Below are positions 45,404 to 55,963 of a stretch of 64,000 nt of DNA, in pieces (position 1 is the stretch's first letter; each line of letters opens with the position of its first letter). The notes beneath the pieces were generated by a model. It had not been told where the DNA came from and made no database searches. It saw nothing but the letters and a program-made list of their open reading frames with translations. Source of the stretch: Cyclobacteriaceae bacterium (GTDB taxonomy: Bacteria > Bacteroidota > Bacteroidia > Cytophagales > Cyclobacteriaceae); the NCBI GenBank assembly GCA_035304385.1, contig DATGQD010000062.1, positions 22,119-86,118 of the forward strand. Direction: 5' to 3'. The position numbers and the translations under genes are program-made.

Positions 45404-45922
45404 ATGGAGCCAGCCCAACATCCAACCCTGACTTTACTTACCGAACGCTTTGGCGATAACATCCTTTCCGCCGACATCCGCTACGGCATCCTTACCATTT
45501 CCGTAACGCAGCCCGCAATCGTAGACATTCTCCGGTTTCTGTTCGATCACGCTCAGCTACAGTACCGGTATCTCACCACCCTGTGCGGCATACACCACCC
45601 CGAGGTAAACCAGATCGCAGTAGTGTATCAGCTTCATAGCCTGGAGAACAATAGCCGGGTGCGACTGAAAGTGTGGCTGCCGGAAGATAAACCCGAAACG
45701 CCCACCGTAACCGACCTGTTCGCCGGGGCAAACTGGATGGAACGTGAGACGTACGATTTCTTCGGCGTGACCTTCACCGGCCACCCCGACCTCCGAAGAA
45801 TCCTTAACGTCGAAGACATGACCATCTTCCCCCTACGCAAGGAATATCCCCTGGAAGACCAGACGAGGGAGGATAAGAGGGACGAGATGTTTGGAAGGGG
45901 GATGGTAGGCAGTGGGCAGTAG
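45404..45922 (+). CDS. nuoC: NADH-quinone oxidoreductase subunit C
   Basis: 30-kDa subunit motif ANWMERETYDFFGVTFTGHPDLRRIL. It starts directly after the nuoB stop. Confidence 0.93.
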   Translation: MEPAQHPTLTLLTERFGDNILSADIRYGILTISVTQPAIVDILRFLFDHAQLQYRYLTTLCGIHHPEVNQIAVVYQLHSLENNSRVRLKVWLPEDKPETPTVTDLFAGANWMERETYDFFGVTFTGHPDLRRILNVEDMTIFPLRKEYPLEDQTREDKRDEMFGRGMVGSGQ

Positions 45923-45969
45923 TGAAAAGCAAAGAATAAAATGTTTGTACGATATATACTCCAGGAAAG

Positions 45970-47184
45970 GTGAGCATGACCCGAAACATAGTGGGTGAAC
46001 ACCGCGAGGTGGGGGATGAGAACCGTTACACAACCCTCAACCTGGGACCGACGCATCCGGCGACGCACGGTATCTTTCAAAACGTGCTCACCATGGATGG
46101 GGAGGTGATCGTACGCTCCGAGCCGACGATCGGTTACATCCACCGGGCTTTCGAGAAGCTTGCTGAACGAAGACCCTATGCGCAGATTACACCCATTACA
46201 GATCGGCTGAACTATTGTTCCGCGCCCATCAATAATATGGGATGGCACATGACGGTCGAGAAGCTGATCGGCGTGGAGGTCCCCAAGCGCGTCGACTATC
46301 TGCGCGTAATCATTATGGAGCTCGCCCGCATCTCCGATCACCTTATCTGCAACAGCGTGCTCGGCGTGGATACAGGTGCCCTCACCGGGTTCGTATACCT
46401 CTTCCAATTCCGTGAACTTATCTATGAGATATATGAAGAGATATGCGGCGCACGGCTGACGACGAACATCGGACGCATCGGAGGATTCGAACGCGACTTC
46501 TCACCGACCGCGTGGGCCAAGCTCGACCGCTTCATGAAGGAATATCCCGAAGCGCTAAAGGAATTTGAAAAGCTGCTCAAGCGCAACCGCATCTTCATGG
46601 AACGCACCACTGGCGTGGGCGCCATTACTGCGGAACGTGCACTGAGTTACAGTTTTTCGGGTCCAAACCTCCGCGCCACCGGCATCGATTATGATGTGCG
46701 CGTGATGGAGCCCTATTCGTCGTACGACGATTTTGAATTCGATGTGCCCGTGGGAAAGAACGGCGACACGTACGACCGCTTCCTGGTCCGCCAGGAAGAA
46801 ATGTGGCAAAGCCTGAGTATTATCCGCCAGGCCATCGAAAAGTTGCCCGAAGGACCGTATCATGCAGAGGTTCCCGAATTCTACCTTCCCCCGAAGGAAG
46901 AAGTCTATAATAATATGGAAGCCCTGATCTATCACTTTAAGATCGTTATGGGCGAAACCGATATCCCGAAGGGAGAAGTATACCACTGTGTGGAAGGTGG
47001 TAACGGCGAACTCGGCTTTTACCTGATCAGCGACGGTGGACGCACTCCCTTCCGCCTGCACTTCCGACGACCTTGCTTCATCTACTATCAGGCTTATCCT
47101 GAAATGATCCAGGGTAGTAATATTTCGGATGCGATTTTGACGATGAGTAGTTTGAATGTGATAGCGGGCGAGTTGGACGCGTAA
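45970..47184 (+). CDS. nuoD: NADH-quinone oxidoreductase subunit D
   Basis: 49-kDa subunit: LNLGPTHPATHG, IGYIHRAFEK, ...GELGFYLISDG.... The start may be ATG 45976 instead of GTG 45970. Confidence 0.95.
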   Translation: MSMTRNIVGEHREVGDENRYTTLNLGPTHPATHGIFQNVLTMDGEVIVRSEPTIGYIHRAFEKLAERRPYAQITPITDRLNYCSAPINNMGWHMTVEKLIGVEVPKRVDYLRVIIMELARISDHLICNSVLGVDTGALTGFVYLFQFRELIYEIYEEICGARLTTNIGRIGGFERDFSPTAWAKLDRFMKEYPEALKEFEKLLKRNRIFMERTTGVGAITAERALSYSFSGPNLRATGIDYDVRVMEPYSSYDDFEFDVPVGKNGDTYDRFLVRQEEMWQSLSIIRQAIEKLPEGPYHAEVPEFYLPPKEEVYNNMEALIYHFKIVMGETDIPKGEVYHCVEGGNGELGFYLISDGGRTPFRLHFRRPCFIYYQAYPEMIQGSNISDAILTMSSLNVIAGELDA

Positions 47185-47190
47185 TTTGTA

Positions 47191-47715
47191 ATGATGAATA
47201 ATCAACCAAAATATTCTCCCACTTTCTCCGCGGACACACTGGCCCTGGTGCAACGCATCATCGCCCGATATCCGGAAGGCAAGCAGAAGTCGGCGTTGTT
47301 GCCCGTGTTGCACCTCGCGCAGGCGGAGTTTGGCGGTTGGCTTAGTCCCGAGACGATGGACTACGTGGCGTCACTGCTGGGCATCCAGCCCATCGAGGTG
47401 TACGAGGTCGCGACATTCTATACTATGTTCAACCTCAAGCCGGTGGGAAAATGTGTGCTCGAAGTTTGCCGTACAGGGCCATGCATGCTGCGTGGCAGCG
47501 ACGACATCATCGAGCATCTCCAAAAAAAACTTAATATCCGCGACGGCGAAACGTCGGCCGACGGCATGTTTACGCTGAAGTCTGTCGAATGCCTGGCATC
47601 GTGTGGAACTGCTCCCGTAATGCAGGTGGGTAATCATTATATAGAGAATCTCACTTGTGAAAACCTGGACGGAATCCTCGACCGGATCCGGTCTGAAAAT
47701 GAAAGTAAGACATGA
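47191..47715 (+). CDS. nuoE: NADH-quinone oxidoreductase subunit E
   Basis: 24-kDa subunit with 2Fe-2S cysteines in VCRTGPCMLRG and ECLASCGTAP. Confidence 0.93.
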   Translation: MMNNQPKYSPTFSADTLALVQRIIARYPEGKQKSALLPVLHLAQAEFGGWLSPETMDYVASLLGIQPIEVYEVATFYTMFNLKPVGKCVLEVCRTGPCMLRGSDDIIEHLQKKLNIRDGETSADGMFTLKSVECLASCGTAPVMQVGNHYIENLTCENLDGILDRIRSENESKT

Positions 47716-49073
47716 CAAGGCAAGTGCTTCTTAAAGATATTAACGTACCCGGCATATTGTCCTATGAAGTGTACCGACGCCAGGGCGGATACAGCGCTGT
47801 CGAAAAGGCGCTCCGCGAAATGACGCCGGAACAGGTTACCGAGGAAGTGAAGTTGTCGGGACTGCGGGGGCGGGGCGGCGCTGGCTTTCCTTCAGGCCTT
47901 AAGTGGACTTTCATTAACCGCAACGCTGGCAAGCCGGTGTATCTCGTTTGCAATGCCGACGAAAGTGAACCCGGCACCTTCAAAGACCGCTATCTGCTGG
48001 AACATATCCCGCACCTGCTGATAGAAGGGATGATCCTGTCCAGCTTCGCTATCGGCGCGAACACAGCGTACATCTACATGCGGGGCGAGTTCCGGTGGAT
48101 ATTCCCCATCCTCGAGCGCGCCATTGCCGAAGCGCGGGCCGCGGGATTTTTGGGCGACAACATCCTGGGTTCCGGCTTTTCCCTGGAGATCTACGTACAC
48201 CCGGGAGGCGGTGCCTACATCTGCGGAGAAGAGACCGCGCTCCTGGAATCGCTGGAAGGAAAGCGAGGCAACCCACGCCTGAAGCCGCCGTATTTCCCCG
48301 CCGTAATGGGGCTCTATCATTGTCCGACACTGGTCAACAACGTAGAAACGCTGGCAACTGTGCCGGCCATCGTCAATATGGGAGGCGCGGAATATGCGCG
48401 CATCGGCGTAGGTAAGAGCACAGGCACGAAACTGATCTCAGCCAGCGGGCATATCAACAAGCCCGGCGTTTATGAAATTGAGTTGGGCCTTCCGGTGGAG
48501 GAATTCATTTATTCGGACGAGTATTGCGGCGGCATTTGGAAGGGGCGAAAGCTAAAGGCGGTGGTTGCCGGTGGATCGTCGGTTCCGATTCTTCCCGCCG
48601 ACTTGATATTGAAGACTGCAAAGGGTGAACCGCGGCTGATGACGTATGAGTCGCTCGCGGAAGGCGGCTTCGAAAGCGGGACGATGCTCGGGTCAGGAGG
48701 TTTTATCGTAATGGATGAAACCACCTGTATTGTGCGCAACCTATGGAACTTCACGAGGTTCTATCACCACGAATCGTGCGGACAATGCAGTCCTTGTCGC
48801 GAAGGTACGGGCTGGATGGAAAAGGTACTGCATCGCATCGAACATGGAGAAGGAAGGCCGCACGACATCGACTTGCTGGATGATGTCGCGAAGAAGATCG
48901 AAGGCAAGACCATCTGCCCGCTTGGCGATGCAGCCGCATGGCCGGTGTCCAGCGCTATCAGACATTTTCGGGACGACTTCGAATACCATATCAAGTATCC
49001 CGAGAAGGTTAAAAATCCAAAACACTTTGAATTAGAACCGTTGGTGTCCAGGTCCCACCTGGCGACGGCATAA
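47712..49073 (+). CDS. nuoF: NADH-quinone oxidoreductase subunit F
   Basis: 51-kDa subunit: GLRGRGGAGFPSGLKW, GGGAYICGEETALLESLEG, ESCGQCSPCREG. ATGA overlap with nuoE. Confidence 0.95.
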   Translation: MTRQVLLKDINVPGILSYEVYRRQGGYSAVEKALREMTPEQVTEEVKLSGLRGRGGAGFPSGLKWTFINRNAGKPVYLVCNADESEPGTFKDRYLLEHIPHLLIEGMILSSFAIGANTAYIYMRGEFRWIFPILERAIAEARAAGFLGDNILGSGFSLEIYVHPGGGAYICGEETALLESLEGKRGNPRLKPPYFPAVMGLYHCPTLVNNVETLATVPAIVNMGGAEYARIGVGKSTGTKLISASGHINKPGVYEIELGLPVEEFIYSDEYCGGIWKGRKLKAVVAGGSSVPILPADLILKTAKGEPRLMTYESLAEGGFESGTMLGSGGFIVMDETTCIVRNLWNFTRFYHHESCGQCSPCREGTGWMEKVLHRIEHGEGRPHDIDLLDDVAKKIEGKTICPLGDAAAWPVSSAIRHFRDDFEYHIKYPEKVKNPKHFELEPLVSRSHLATA

Positions 49074-49082
49074 TATATTACT

Positions 49083-50090
49083 ATGGCTAAGGTCACCATC
49101 GATGGCATAGAAACGGAAGTTCCCGACGGCACGACAATCCTCAACGCCGCCCGGCAGGTCGGTGGTGCCATCGTCCCTCCGGCAATGTGCTATTACACGA
49201 GCCTGAAGGAGAGCGGCGGCAATTGCCGCGTGTGCCTTGTGCGCGTAGCACAGACGTCGTCGCGCGATGCACGCCCGCTACCAAAACTCGTGGCCTCCTG
49301 TTCAACGCCGGTTCAGGATGGAATGGTCGTCGAAAACATCACGTCCCCTGCCGTACTTGAGGCACGTAAAGGCGTTGTGGAGTTCCTGCTGATCAATCAC
49401 CCGCTCGACTGCCCGGTGTGCGACCAGGCGGGTGAGTGCGACCTTCAGGATCTTTCGTACGCACATGGATTGGCGTCAACGCGTTACGAGGAAGAACGCC
49501 GAACGTTTGAACCTGTCGACATCGGCGACAAGATCAAGCTTCACATGACCCGGTGCATACTCTGCTATCGATGCACTTACGTGGCGGATCAACTCACCGA
49601 CGAGCGCAGACACGGTGTGCTGAATCGGGGCGACCGCGCGGAGATCGGCACGTACATCAAAAATGCCATAGACAACGACTTTTCCGGAAACATGATTGAC
49701 GTGTGCCCCGTGGGCGCGCTCACCGACCGGACGTTTCGTTTTAAAAGCCGCGTATGGTTTACGCAACCGCTGGACGCGCATCGCGACTGCGACAAATGCT
49801 GCGGAAAGGTGGTGCTGTGGACGAAGGGTGAGGAGGTGCTGCGGGTAACGGGGCGCAAGGACAAGTATGGAGAAGTACACGAGTTTATCTGCAACGAATG
49901 CCGCTTTGAACGCAAAAGTCTGAGCGACTGGGTGGTGGAAGGACCGCGACACATCAACCGCCACTCGGTTATATCTCAAAACCACTATGAAAAGATAAAC
50001 CTGGTGGCGCTGAAAAAAGAAGTGGAACGCCAGATCCAATTCCAAAAGGGTAAAACCAACGGCAATAATCCCAACGCGCTCCAGGCATGA
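49083..50090 (+). CDS. nuoG: NADH-quinone oxidoreductase subunit G, short form (335 aa)
   Basis: 2Fe-2S region (CYYTSLKESGGNCRVCLV), HPLDCPVCDQAGECDLQD, CILCYRC...CPVGAL. It ends after a short Cys-rich segment, so there is no molybdopterin-like C-terminal domain. Confidence 0.9.
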   Translation: MAKVTIDGIETEVPDGTTILNAARQVGGAIVPPAMCYYTSLKESGGNCRVCLVRVAQTSSRDARPLPKLVASCSTPVQDGMVVENITSPAVLEARKGVVEFLLINHPLDCPVCDQAGECDLQDLSYAHGLASTRYEEERRTFEPVDIGDKIKLHMTRCILCYRCTYVADQLTDERRHGVLNRGDRAEIGTYIKNAIDNDFSGNMIDVCPVGALTDRTFRFKSRVWFTQPLDAHRDCDKCCGKVVLWTKGEEVLRVTGRKDKYGEVHEFICNECRFERKSLSDWVVEGPRHINRHSVISQNHYEKINLVALKKEVERQIQFQKGKTNGNNPNALQA

Positions 50091-51133
50091 TGTCATTCTT
50101 TATATATAAAGCGATACTCGTCATAGCCGTCTTCGGCATTATGCTCCTGGCAGCCATGTACTCCACGTACCTGGAACGCAAGGTGGCCGCCTTTATCCAG
50201 GACCGTGTCGGTCCCAACCGCGCGGGACCCTTCGGCATTCTGCAACCGCTCGCCGACGGGATAAAGATGTTCATGAAGGAGGAGATCATCCCGGAGGTCG
50301 CCAACAAGACGTTGTTTATCATCGGCCCGTGCATCGCCATGCTCACCGCCATCATGGCGGGGGTCGTCATTCCCTGGGGCGGGGAGCTTGTCATCAACGG
50401 CGTTCCCTACGTGTTGCAAATTATCGACTTCGACTTTGGACTGCTCTACGTTTTCGGTGTGGTTTCGCTCGGAGTGTACGGCATTATGATCGGCGGGTGG
50501 GCCTCCAACAACAAGTTCTCGTTGCTCGGCGCCATCCGTGCTTCGGCACAAATGATCAGCTACGAAATCGCGATGGGCCTTTCCATCATTGCCCTGATCA
50601 TGATGACGGGTACGCTGAGCCTTCGTGAAATCGTAGACTTCCAGGCGGGCGGCACGGGTGGAACCTGGAACTTCTGGAACGTAGTGTATCAGCCCCTCGG
50701 ATTTCTTCTGTTCCTCGTGTGTTCATTCGCGGAATGCAACCGCACGCCTTTCGACCTCCCTGAATCGGAAACCGAGCTGGTCGGCGGCTATCACACCGAG
50801 TACAGCAGCATGAAGCTCGGGTTTTACCTTTTCGCGGAATACATCAACATGTTCATTTCTTCAGCGGTGATTGCCACGCTGTATTTCGGCGGGACGAATT
50901 TTCCGTTTATGAACGACCTGGGCCTTAGCGCCAATGCGATAACGATCCTCGGAACGATGGCCTTCTTCGTCAAGATCGCATTCTTCGTTTTCTTCTACAT
51001 GTGGGTGCGGTGGACGCTTCCGCGATTCCGGTATGATCAGCTGATGTACCTGGGATGGCGGGTGTTGATCCCGCTGGCGATCGCGAATGTGGCCATTACC
51101 GGACTTGTGATGATATTAACCGACCGTATATGA
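50087..51133 (+). CDS. nuoH: NADH-quinone oxidoreductase subunit H
   Basis: ND1-like: ...GILQPLADGIK..., AECNRTPFDLPESETELVGGYHTEYS. ATGA overlap with nuoG. Confidence 0.95.
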   Translation: MMSFFIYKAILVIAVFGIMLLAAMYSTYLERKVAAFIQDRVGPNRAGPFGILQPLADGIKMFMKEEIIPEVANKTLFIIGPCIAMLTAIMAGVVIPWGGELVINGVPYVLQIIDFDFGLLYVFGVVSLGVYGIMIGGWASNNKFSLLGAIRASAQMISYEIAMGLSIIALIMMTGTLSLREIVDFQAGGTGGTWNFWNVVYQPLGFLLFLVCSFAECNRTPFDLPESETELVGGYHTEYSSMKLGFYLFAEYINMFISSAVIATLYFGGTNFPFMNDLGLSANAITILGTMAFFVKIAFFVFFYMWVRWTLPRFRYDQLMYLGWRVLIPLAIANVAITGLVMILTDRI

Positions 51134-51699
51134 AATCGCTGACGGGAAGATCGAAAGTAATGGAGAACCCGAAGATGACCTTCCTCGAAAGGATCTATCT
51201 TCCGGCAATCGTCGGGGGCATCACCATCACACTTCGACATCTGTTTCGCCGCAAGGCAACCATACGGTATCCTGAACAAAAACGAACATTCAGCCCGGTG
51301 TACCGTGGCATGCATGTGCTCAAACGCGATGACAATGGTGCTGAACGTTGCACCGCCTGCGGACTGTGTGCCGTGGCCTGTCCCGCCGAAGCCATTACCA
51401 TGACCGCTGCAGAACGTAATCCCGGAGAAGAAAAACTCTATCGGGAGGAAAAGTATGCAGCTACCTATGAAATCAATATGCTGCGCTGCATTTTTTGCGG
51501 CCTGTGTGAAGAAGCCTGTCCGAAAGAAGCCATATTCCTGACCGACCGCCTGGTGAGCACGGACTACGCGCGCGACGGATTTATCTATGGCAAGGATAAA
51601 CTTGTTGAGCCCGTAGACCAACGCGTGGACGTATCCAAACGGCAAACACCGGACGTGCTCGAGTTTAAGAAAGTCAGACATTACCGTCATAACCGTTGA
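51130..51699 (+). CDS. nuoI: NADH-quinone oxidoreductase subunit I
   Basis: Two ferredoxin motifs, CTACGLCAVACP and CIFCGLCEEACP. ATG 51130 overlaps the nuoH stop. The track start at 51055 lies inside nuoH. Confidence 0.92.
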   Translation: MKSLTGRSKVMENPKMTFLERIYLPAIVGGITITLRHLFRRKATIRYPEQKRTFSPVYRGMHVLKRDDNGAERCTACGLCAVACPAEAITMTAAERNPGEEKLYREEKYAATYEINMLRCIFCGLCEEACPKEAIFLTDRLVSTDYARDGFIYGKDKLVEPVDQRVDVSKRQTPDVLEFKKVRHYRHNR

Positions 51700-51706
51700 T
51701 CGATCT

Positions 51707-52279
51707 GTGACACTCTACGCATTTTATTTTCTGTCTTTCCTTGCCGTCCTGGGCGCGCTGATGGTGGTCTTCTCCCGCAGTCCTGTGACGAGTGTCATAT
51801 TTCTTGTCATGACCTTCTTTACGATCGCCTGTCATTACATGCTGCTTAATGCACAGTTCCTGGCAGCCGTTCATGTTATCGTATACGCCGGCGCCATCAT
51901 GGTGCTGTTCCTTTATGTCATTATGCTGCTGAATCTGAATGAAGCGGTAGAGCAACAGAAAACATTGCTGCTAAAAATTGCGGCTATCGGTACGGGTGGC
52001 CTTTTTATGATTGTCCTCTCCGCGGCAATGCGGACCGCCGAAACTACCTACCTCGATACCACGGTGGCAGGATCCGCCCGCAGCCTGGGGAAGGTGCTCC
52101 TGAACGAATACCTGTTGCCCTTTGAAGCGGTTTCGCTGTTGCTGCTTGCGGCAATGACAGGCGCCATTATGCTGGCCCGTCCGCGGAAGCAAAAGCCTGC
52201 TGCGAAGGATGTGGGTGCCCTGGCGCCGGAACCTCAGTCTAAAGTTGAACAAACGGAAAGCGTAGCTCATGAACAGTAG
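51707..52279 (+). CDS. nuoJ: NADH-quinone oxidoreductase subunit J
   Basis: ND6-like hydrophobic protein ([27 protein letters not shown]...). GTG start. Confidence 0.9.
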   Translation: MTLYAFYFLSFLAVLGALMVVFSRSPVTSVIFLVMTFFTIACHYMLLNAQFLAAVHVIVYAGAIMVLFLYVIMLLNLNEAVEQQKTLLLKIAAIGTGGLFMIVLSAAMRTAETTYLDTTVAGSARSLGKVLLNEYLLPFEAVSLLLLAAMTGAIMLARPRKQKPAAKDVGALAPEPQSKVEQTESVAHEQ

Positions 52280-52595
52280 CCTTATGCAAAACGGACTTGC
52301 GCTGGAGCACTATGTGATGCTAAGTACGGCCCTGTTTGCCATCGGTGTCATGGGGGTGTTGTTCAGGCGCAATGCCATCATCATTTTCATGTGCATTGAA
52401 CTCATGCTCAACGCAGTGAACCTCCTGCTCGTGGCGTTCGCTACCTTCCACGGCGATACGGCGGGACAGGTGTTCGTCTTCTTCATTATGGCGGTGGCGG
52501 CCGCGGAAGTTGCCGTAGGCCTCGCCATACTGACGGTCTTGTACAATAAGTTAAAGACAACCGATATCGACATCCTTAGCAAACTGAAATGGTAG
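52269..52595 (+). CDS. nuoK: NADH-quinone oxidoreductase subunit K
   Basis: ND4L-like with three TM segments (...[19 protein letters not shown]...[11 protein letters not shown]). The alternative start ATG 52284 would remove the overlap with nuoJ. Confidence 0.9.
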   Translation: MNSSLMQNGLALEHYVMLSTALFAIGVMGVLFRRNAIIIFMCIELMLNAVNLLLVAFATFHGDTAGQVFVFFIMAVAAAEVAVGLAILTVLYNKLKTTDIDILSKLKW

Positions 52596-54499
52596 AACAC
52601 GCGTCGATGTGGCTTATTCCTTTGTTACCGCTGACTGGTTTCCTTACCATCAGCCTGCTCAATAGGCGTCTGGGTCATGGTGCAGTTTCGGTAATCGCCC
52701 CCGGCGTTGTATTCGCATCGTTCCTGTTATCGGTTTGGGTACTTATACAGCTGCTTTCCGATCCGAACAAGGCGCTTACCGCTACCGGATTCACCTGGTT
52801 CGCAGCTGGAACACTTGACGTCTCTTTTTCATTGGTGGCCGACCGCCTGGCGGCGTTGATGATGCTTGTCATCACGGGTGTGGGCTTTCTGATCCACGTG
52901 TACTCGACCGGCTACATGCACGGCGACGAAGGATACAATCGCTACTTCGCATACCTCAACCTCTTTATCTTCTTTATGCTCATGCTGGTGATGGGCTCGA
53001 ACTTTCTATTGATGTTCGTGGGATGGGAAGGGGTGGGTATTTGTTCCTACCTGCTGATCGGCTTTTGGTTTAAGAATCACGACTACAACAACGCCGCAAA
53101 CAAGGCGTTCATCATGAACCGCATCGGCGACCTGGCCATGATCCTGGGTATCATCCTCATCTTCGTGCATTTTGGAAGTATCGACTATCAGGATGTCTTC
53201 CCAGCCGCTGCCTTGCAGGAAGGCCAGCCTATTATTACCTGGATCGCGATACTGCTCTTTATCGGCGCTATAGGAAAGAGCGCCCAGATACCGTTGTTTA
53301 CCTGGCTGCCTGACGCGATGGCCGGCCCTACGCCCGTATCCGCGCTCATACACGCAGCGACTATGGTGACCGCAGGCGTGTACATGATCGCGCGGAGCAA
53401 TATTCTGTATACGCTTTCGCCGCTTGCGTTGGCGATGGTCGCCGTTACGGGTGTGGCGACCGCGCTGATGGCGGCTACCATTGCGCTGCGCCAAAACGAT
53501 ATCAAGAAAGTGCTCGCTTACTCGACGGTTAGTCAGCTGGGCCTCATGTTTGTGGCTATGGGCGCCGGTGCCTATGCGTCGGGCATGTTTCACATGATGA
53601 CGCATGCTTTCTTTAAAGCGTTGTTGTTCCTGGGCGCGGGGAGTGTCATCCATGCCATGGCCGGAGAGCAGGACATCCGCCGCATGGGTGGGCTTTCGAA
53701 GCATATGCCCGTCACCTGGATTACCTTTCTCGTGGCAACGCTGGCGATCTCCGGTATTCCACCCTTGTCGGGTTTCTTTTCAAAAGACGAAATCCTCGCG
53801 AATGCGTTCGCTACCAACATCTGGTTTTGGGTTTTCGCTGCATTCGCGTCGGTGCTTACCGTCTTCTATATGTTCCGGTTGTTGTTCCTGACGTTCAGGG
53901 GAGAACCGCGAATGGGAGAGGGCGTGAAGCAACAGTTGCATGAATCACCGCGCAGCATGACGATCCCTTTAATACTGCTGGCTGTATTGTCGGTAGCAGG
54001 AGGGTGGATCAATATTCCCACGGTGTTCGGCGGGGGACATGCATTCAGTAATTTCCTGGCGCCGGTGTTTGCCGATTCACAACGAATAAGGGTTGCCCAT
54101 CATGTGTCGCACACAATGGAGTTAACCTTGATGGGAATCATTCTGGCCCTGACAGCCATAATGATCGTGTGGGCTTATCGCGTTTACATTGGTTTGGGCC
54201 GTGTGCCTGTACAGGATGAGTCGACGCTTCGCGGATTGGCGCGCCTGTTCAATCGCAAGTACTTCGTCGACGAGATCTACGATGTGCTGATTGTGCGTCC
54301 ACTGTACGGATTCTCCCGGGTATTGTATGAAGTTGTCGACCGCTCGCTCATCGATCGTATTGTCAACGGAACATCCGCCGTTGTACGCGGTCTTGCACAC
54401 GGCTTTCGGACGGTGCAAACCGGGAACACCGGGGTATATGTCTTTGTGATGGCGGCTGCTGTGCTGCTGTTGATCACCTTAAAGATGCTTGTGTTATAA
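52589..54499 (+). CDS. nuoL: NADH-quinone oxidoreductase subunit L
   Basis: ND5-like antiporter-type subunit (...[37 protein letters not shown]...). Confidence 0.95.
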   Translation: MVEHASMWLIPLLPLTGFLTISLLNRRLGHGAVSVIAPGVVFASFLLSVWVLIQLLSDPNKALTATGFTWFAAGTLDVSFSLVADRLAALMMLVITGVGFLIHVYSTGYMHGDEGYNRYFAYLNLFIFFMLMLVMGSNFLLMFVGWEGVGICSYLLIGFWFKNHDYNNAANKAFIMNRIGDLAMILGIILIFVHFGSIDYQDVFPAAALQEGQPIITWIAILLFIGAIGKSAQIPLFTWLPDAMAGPTPVSALIHAATMVTAGVYMIARSNILYTLSPLALAMVAVTGVATALMAATIALRQNDIKKVLAYSTVSQLGLMFVAMGAGAYASGMFHMMTHAFFKALLFLGAGSVIHAMAGEQDIRRMGGLSKHMPVTWITFLVATLAISGIPPLSGFFSKDEILANAFATNIWFWVFAAFASVLTVFYMFRLLFLTFRGEPRMGEGVKQQLHESPRSMTIPLILLAVLSVAGGWINIPTVFGGGHAFSNFLAPVFADSQRIRVAHHVSHTMELTLMGIILALTAIMIVWAYRVYIGLGRVPVQDESTLRGLARLFNRKYFVDEIYDVLIVRPLYGFSRVLYEVVDRSLIDRIVNGTSAVVRGLAHGFRTVQTGNTGVYVFVMAAAVLLLITLKMLVL

Positions 54500-54501
54500 G
54501 A

Positions 54502-55962
54502 ATGGCACTGACGCTTTTGATATTCTGGCCGCTCCTGGCGGCGATTGTGGTGATGGCGCTCAAGCGGGAGCACGCGCGTGGCTTCACAACCCTCGCGGCA
54601 TTCGCGGAGTTGGCGCTTTGCCTGTGGATTGTGCTTCAATTTCAGCCGGATGCCTCGTTTCAGTTTGGCGTACACGTTCCCTGGATCGAGACGCTCGGCA
54701 TTCATTATCACGTCGGGCTTGATGGCATCAGCTTGCTGCTGGTATTGCTGACGGCAGGATTGACGCCTTTTATCGTGCTGGCTTCCGACGATGCGCGGCC
54801 GCGCTCTTTTTACGCGCTGATGTTATTCATGGAGATGGCGCTTGTGGGGGTGTTCGTGGCGCTGGACGGATTTCTGTTCTACGTCTTCTGGGAGTTGGCC
54901 CTCATTCCGATCTATATACTGTGCCTTCGGTGGGGCGCCGCCAACAGTGGCGTGATCACCCTTAAGTTTTTCATTTACACGCTCGCCGGGAGCTTGTTAA
55001 TGCTGGTGGCGCTCATCTACGTATACTTTCAAACGCCGGCGCCTCATACCTTCGAGATCCAGGCGTTGTACGATGCAGCACGTGAACTTCCGGGCGGCCA
55101 TCAAAGCATGATCTTCTGGGGCTTGTTTGTCGCATTCGCAATCAAGATGCCGCTGTTCCCATTTCACACCTGGCAGCCCGACACGTACGATGCGGCGCCC
55201 TCGCAGGGAACGATGCTGCTGTCAGGCATTATGCTCAAGATGGGTGTGTACGGTCTCATCCGCTGGCTAATCCCACTCGTGCCGTACGGCGTGCAGACGG
55301 AGGGCACGACGGCCCTGGCGCTGGCGGTGACAGGCATCGTGTTCGCATCCTGTATAGCTATTGTACAGAAAGACCTGAAGCGGCTCGTGGCGTATTCATC
55401 AATGGCACACGTCGGCCTTATCGCCGCGGGCGTGCTCACCCTCGACCGCATTGGCATACAGGGCGCCATGATCCAGATGATCAGCCATGGGGTTGTGGTG
55501 GTGGCGTTGTTCTATGTTATCGACATCATCCAATCGCGTTTAAATACCCAGGACATGCGGAGCCTCGGAGCGATCCGGCTGGAGGCGCCGCTCTTTGCTA
55601 CCGTGTTCATGATTGCCGTGCTCGGAAGCATAGCATTGCCGCTCACGAGTGGATTTGTCGGGGAGTTTATGCTTATCAATTCGCTCTTCAGGTTCGACAC
55701 CTGGTTTGGTGTATTCGGCGGGCTTACGATGATATTCAGCGCGGTGTACATGCTGCGCGGCTATCAGGCTACCGTGCTGGGGGAAAAGCGTGAGGCGGCG
55801 GGATTGTTCGCGGACCTGACGCTGCGCGAGCGGTCTGTATTATATCCGCTGGTACTCCTGGTGCTGGCGATCGGAATCTTCCCCGCGCCTGTATTGAAAA
55901 TATCGGAGGCGGCGGTCGACTCTATGGTGACGATCCTGCAACAGTACTATACAATGCGTTGA
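54502..55962 (+). CDS. nuoM: NADH-quinone oxidoreductase subunit M
   Basis: ND4-like (...AIKMPLFPFHTWQPDTYDAAPSQGTMLLSGIMLKMG...). Confidence 0.95.
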   Translation: MALTLLIFWPLLAAIVVMALKREHARGFTTLAAFAELALCLWIVLQFQPDASFQFGVHVPWIETLGIHYHVGLDGISLLLVLLTAGLTPFIVLASDDARPRSFYALMLFMEMALVGVFVALDGFLFYVFWELALIPIYILCLRWGAANSGVITLKFFIYTLAGSLLMLVALIYVYFQTPAPHTFEIQALYDAARELPGGHQSMIFWGLFVAFAIKMPLFPFHTWQPDTYDAAPSQGTMLLSGIMLKMGVYGLIRWLIPLVPYGVQTEGTTALALAVTGIVFASCIAIVQKDLKRLVAYSSMAHVGLIAAGVLTLDRIGIQGAMIQMISHGVVVVALFYVIDIIQSRLNTQDMRSLGAIRLEAPLFATVFMIAVLGSIALPLTSGFVGEFMLINSLFRFDTWFGVFGGLTMIFSAVYMLRGYQATVLGEKREAAGLFADLTLRERSVLYPLVLLVLAIGIFPAPVLKISEAAVDSMVTILQQYYTMR

Positions 55963-55963
55963 C

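Noticed and set aside
44432-47313. Long antisense ORFs inside the nuo operon (44432-45028, 45634-46407, 46555-47313 and similar ones further on)
   Set aside because: They lie opposite unmistakable nuoA-N coding frames. Long open antisense frames are expected at this GC content.
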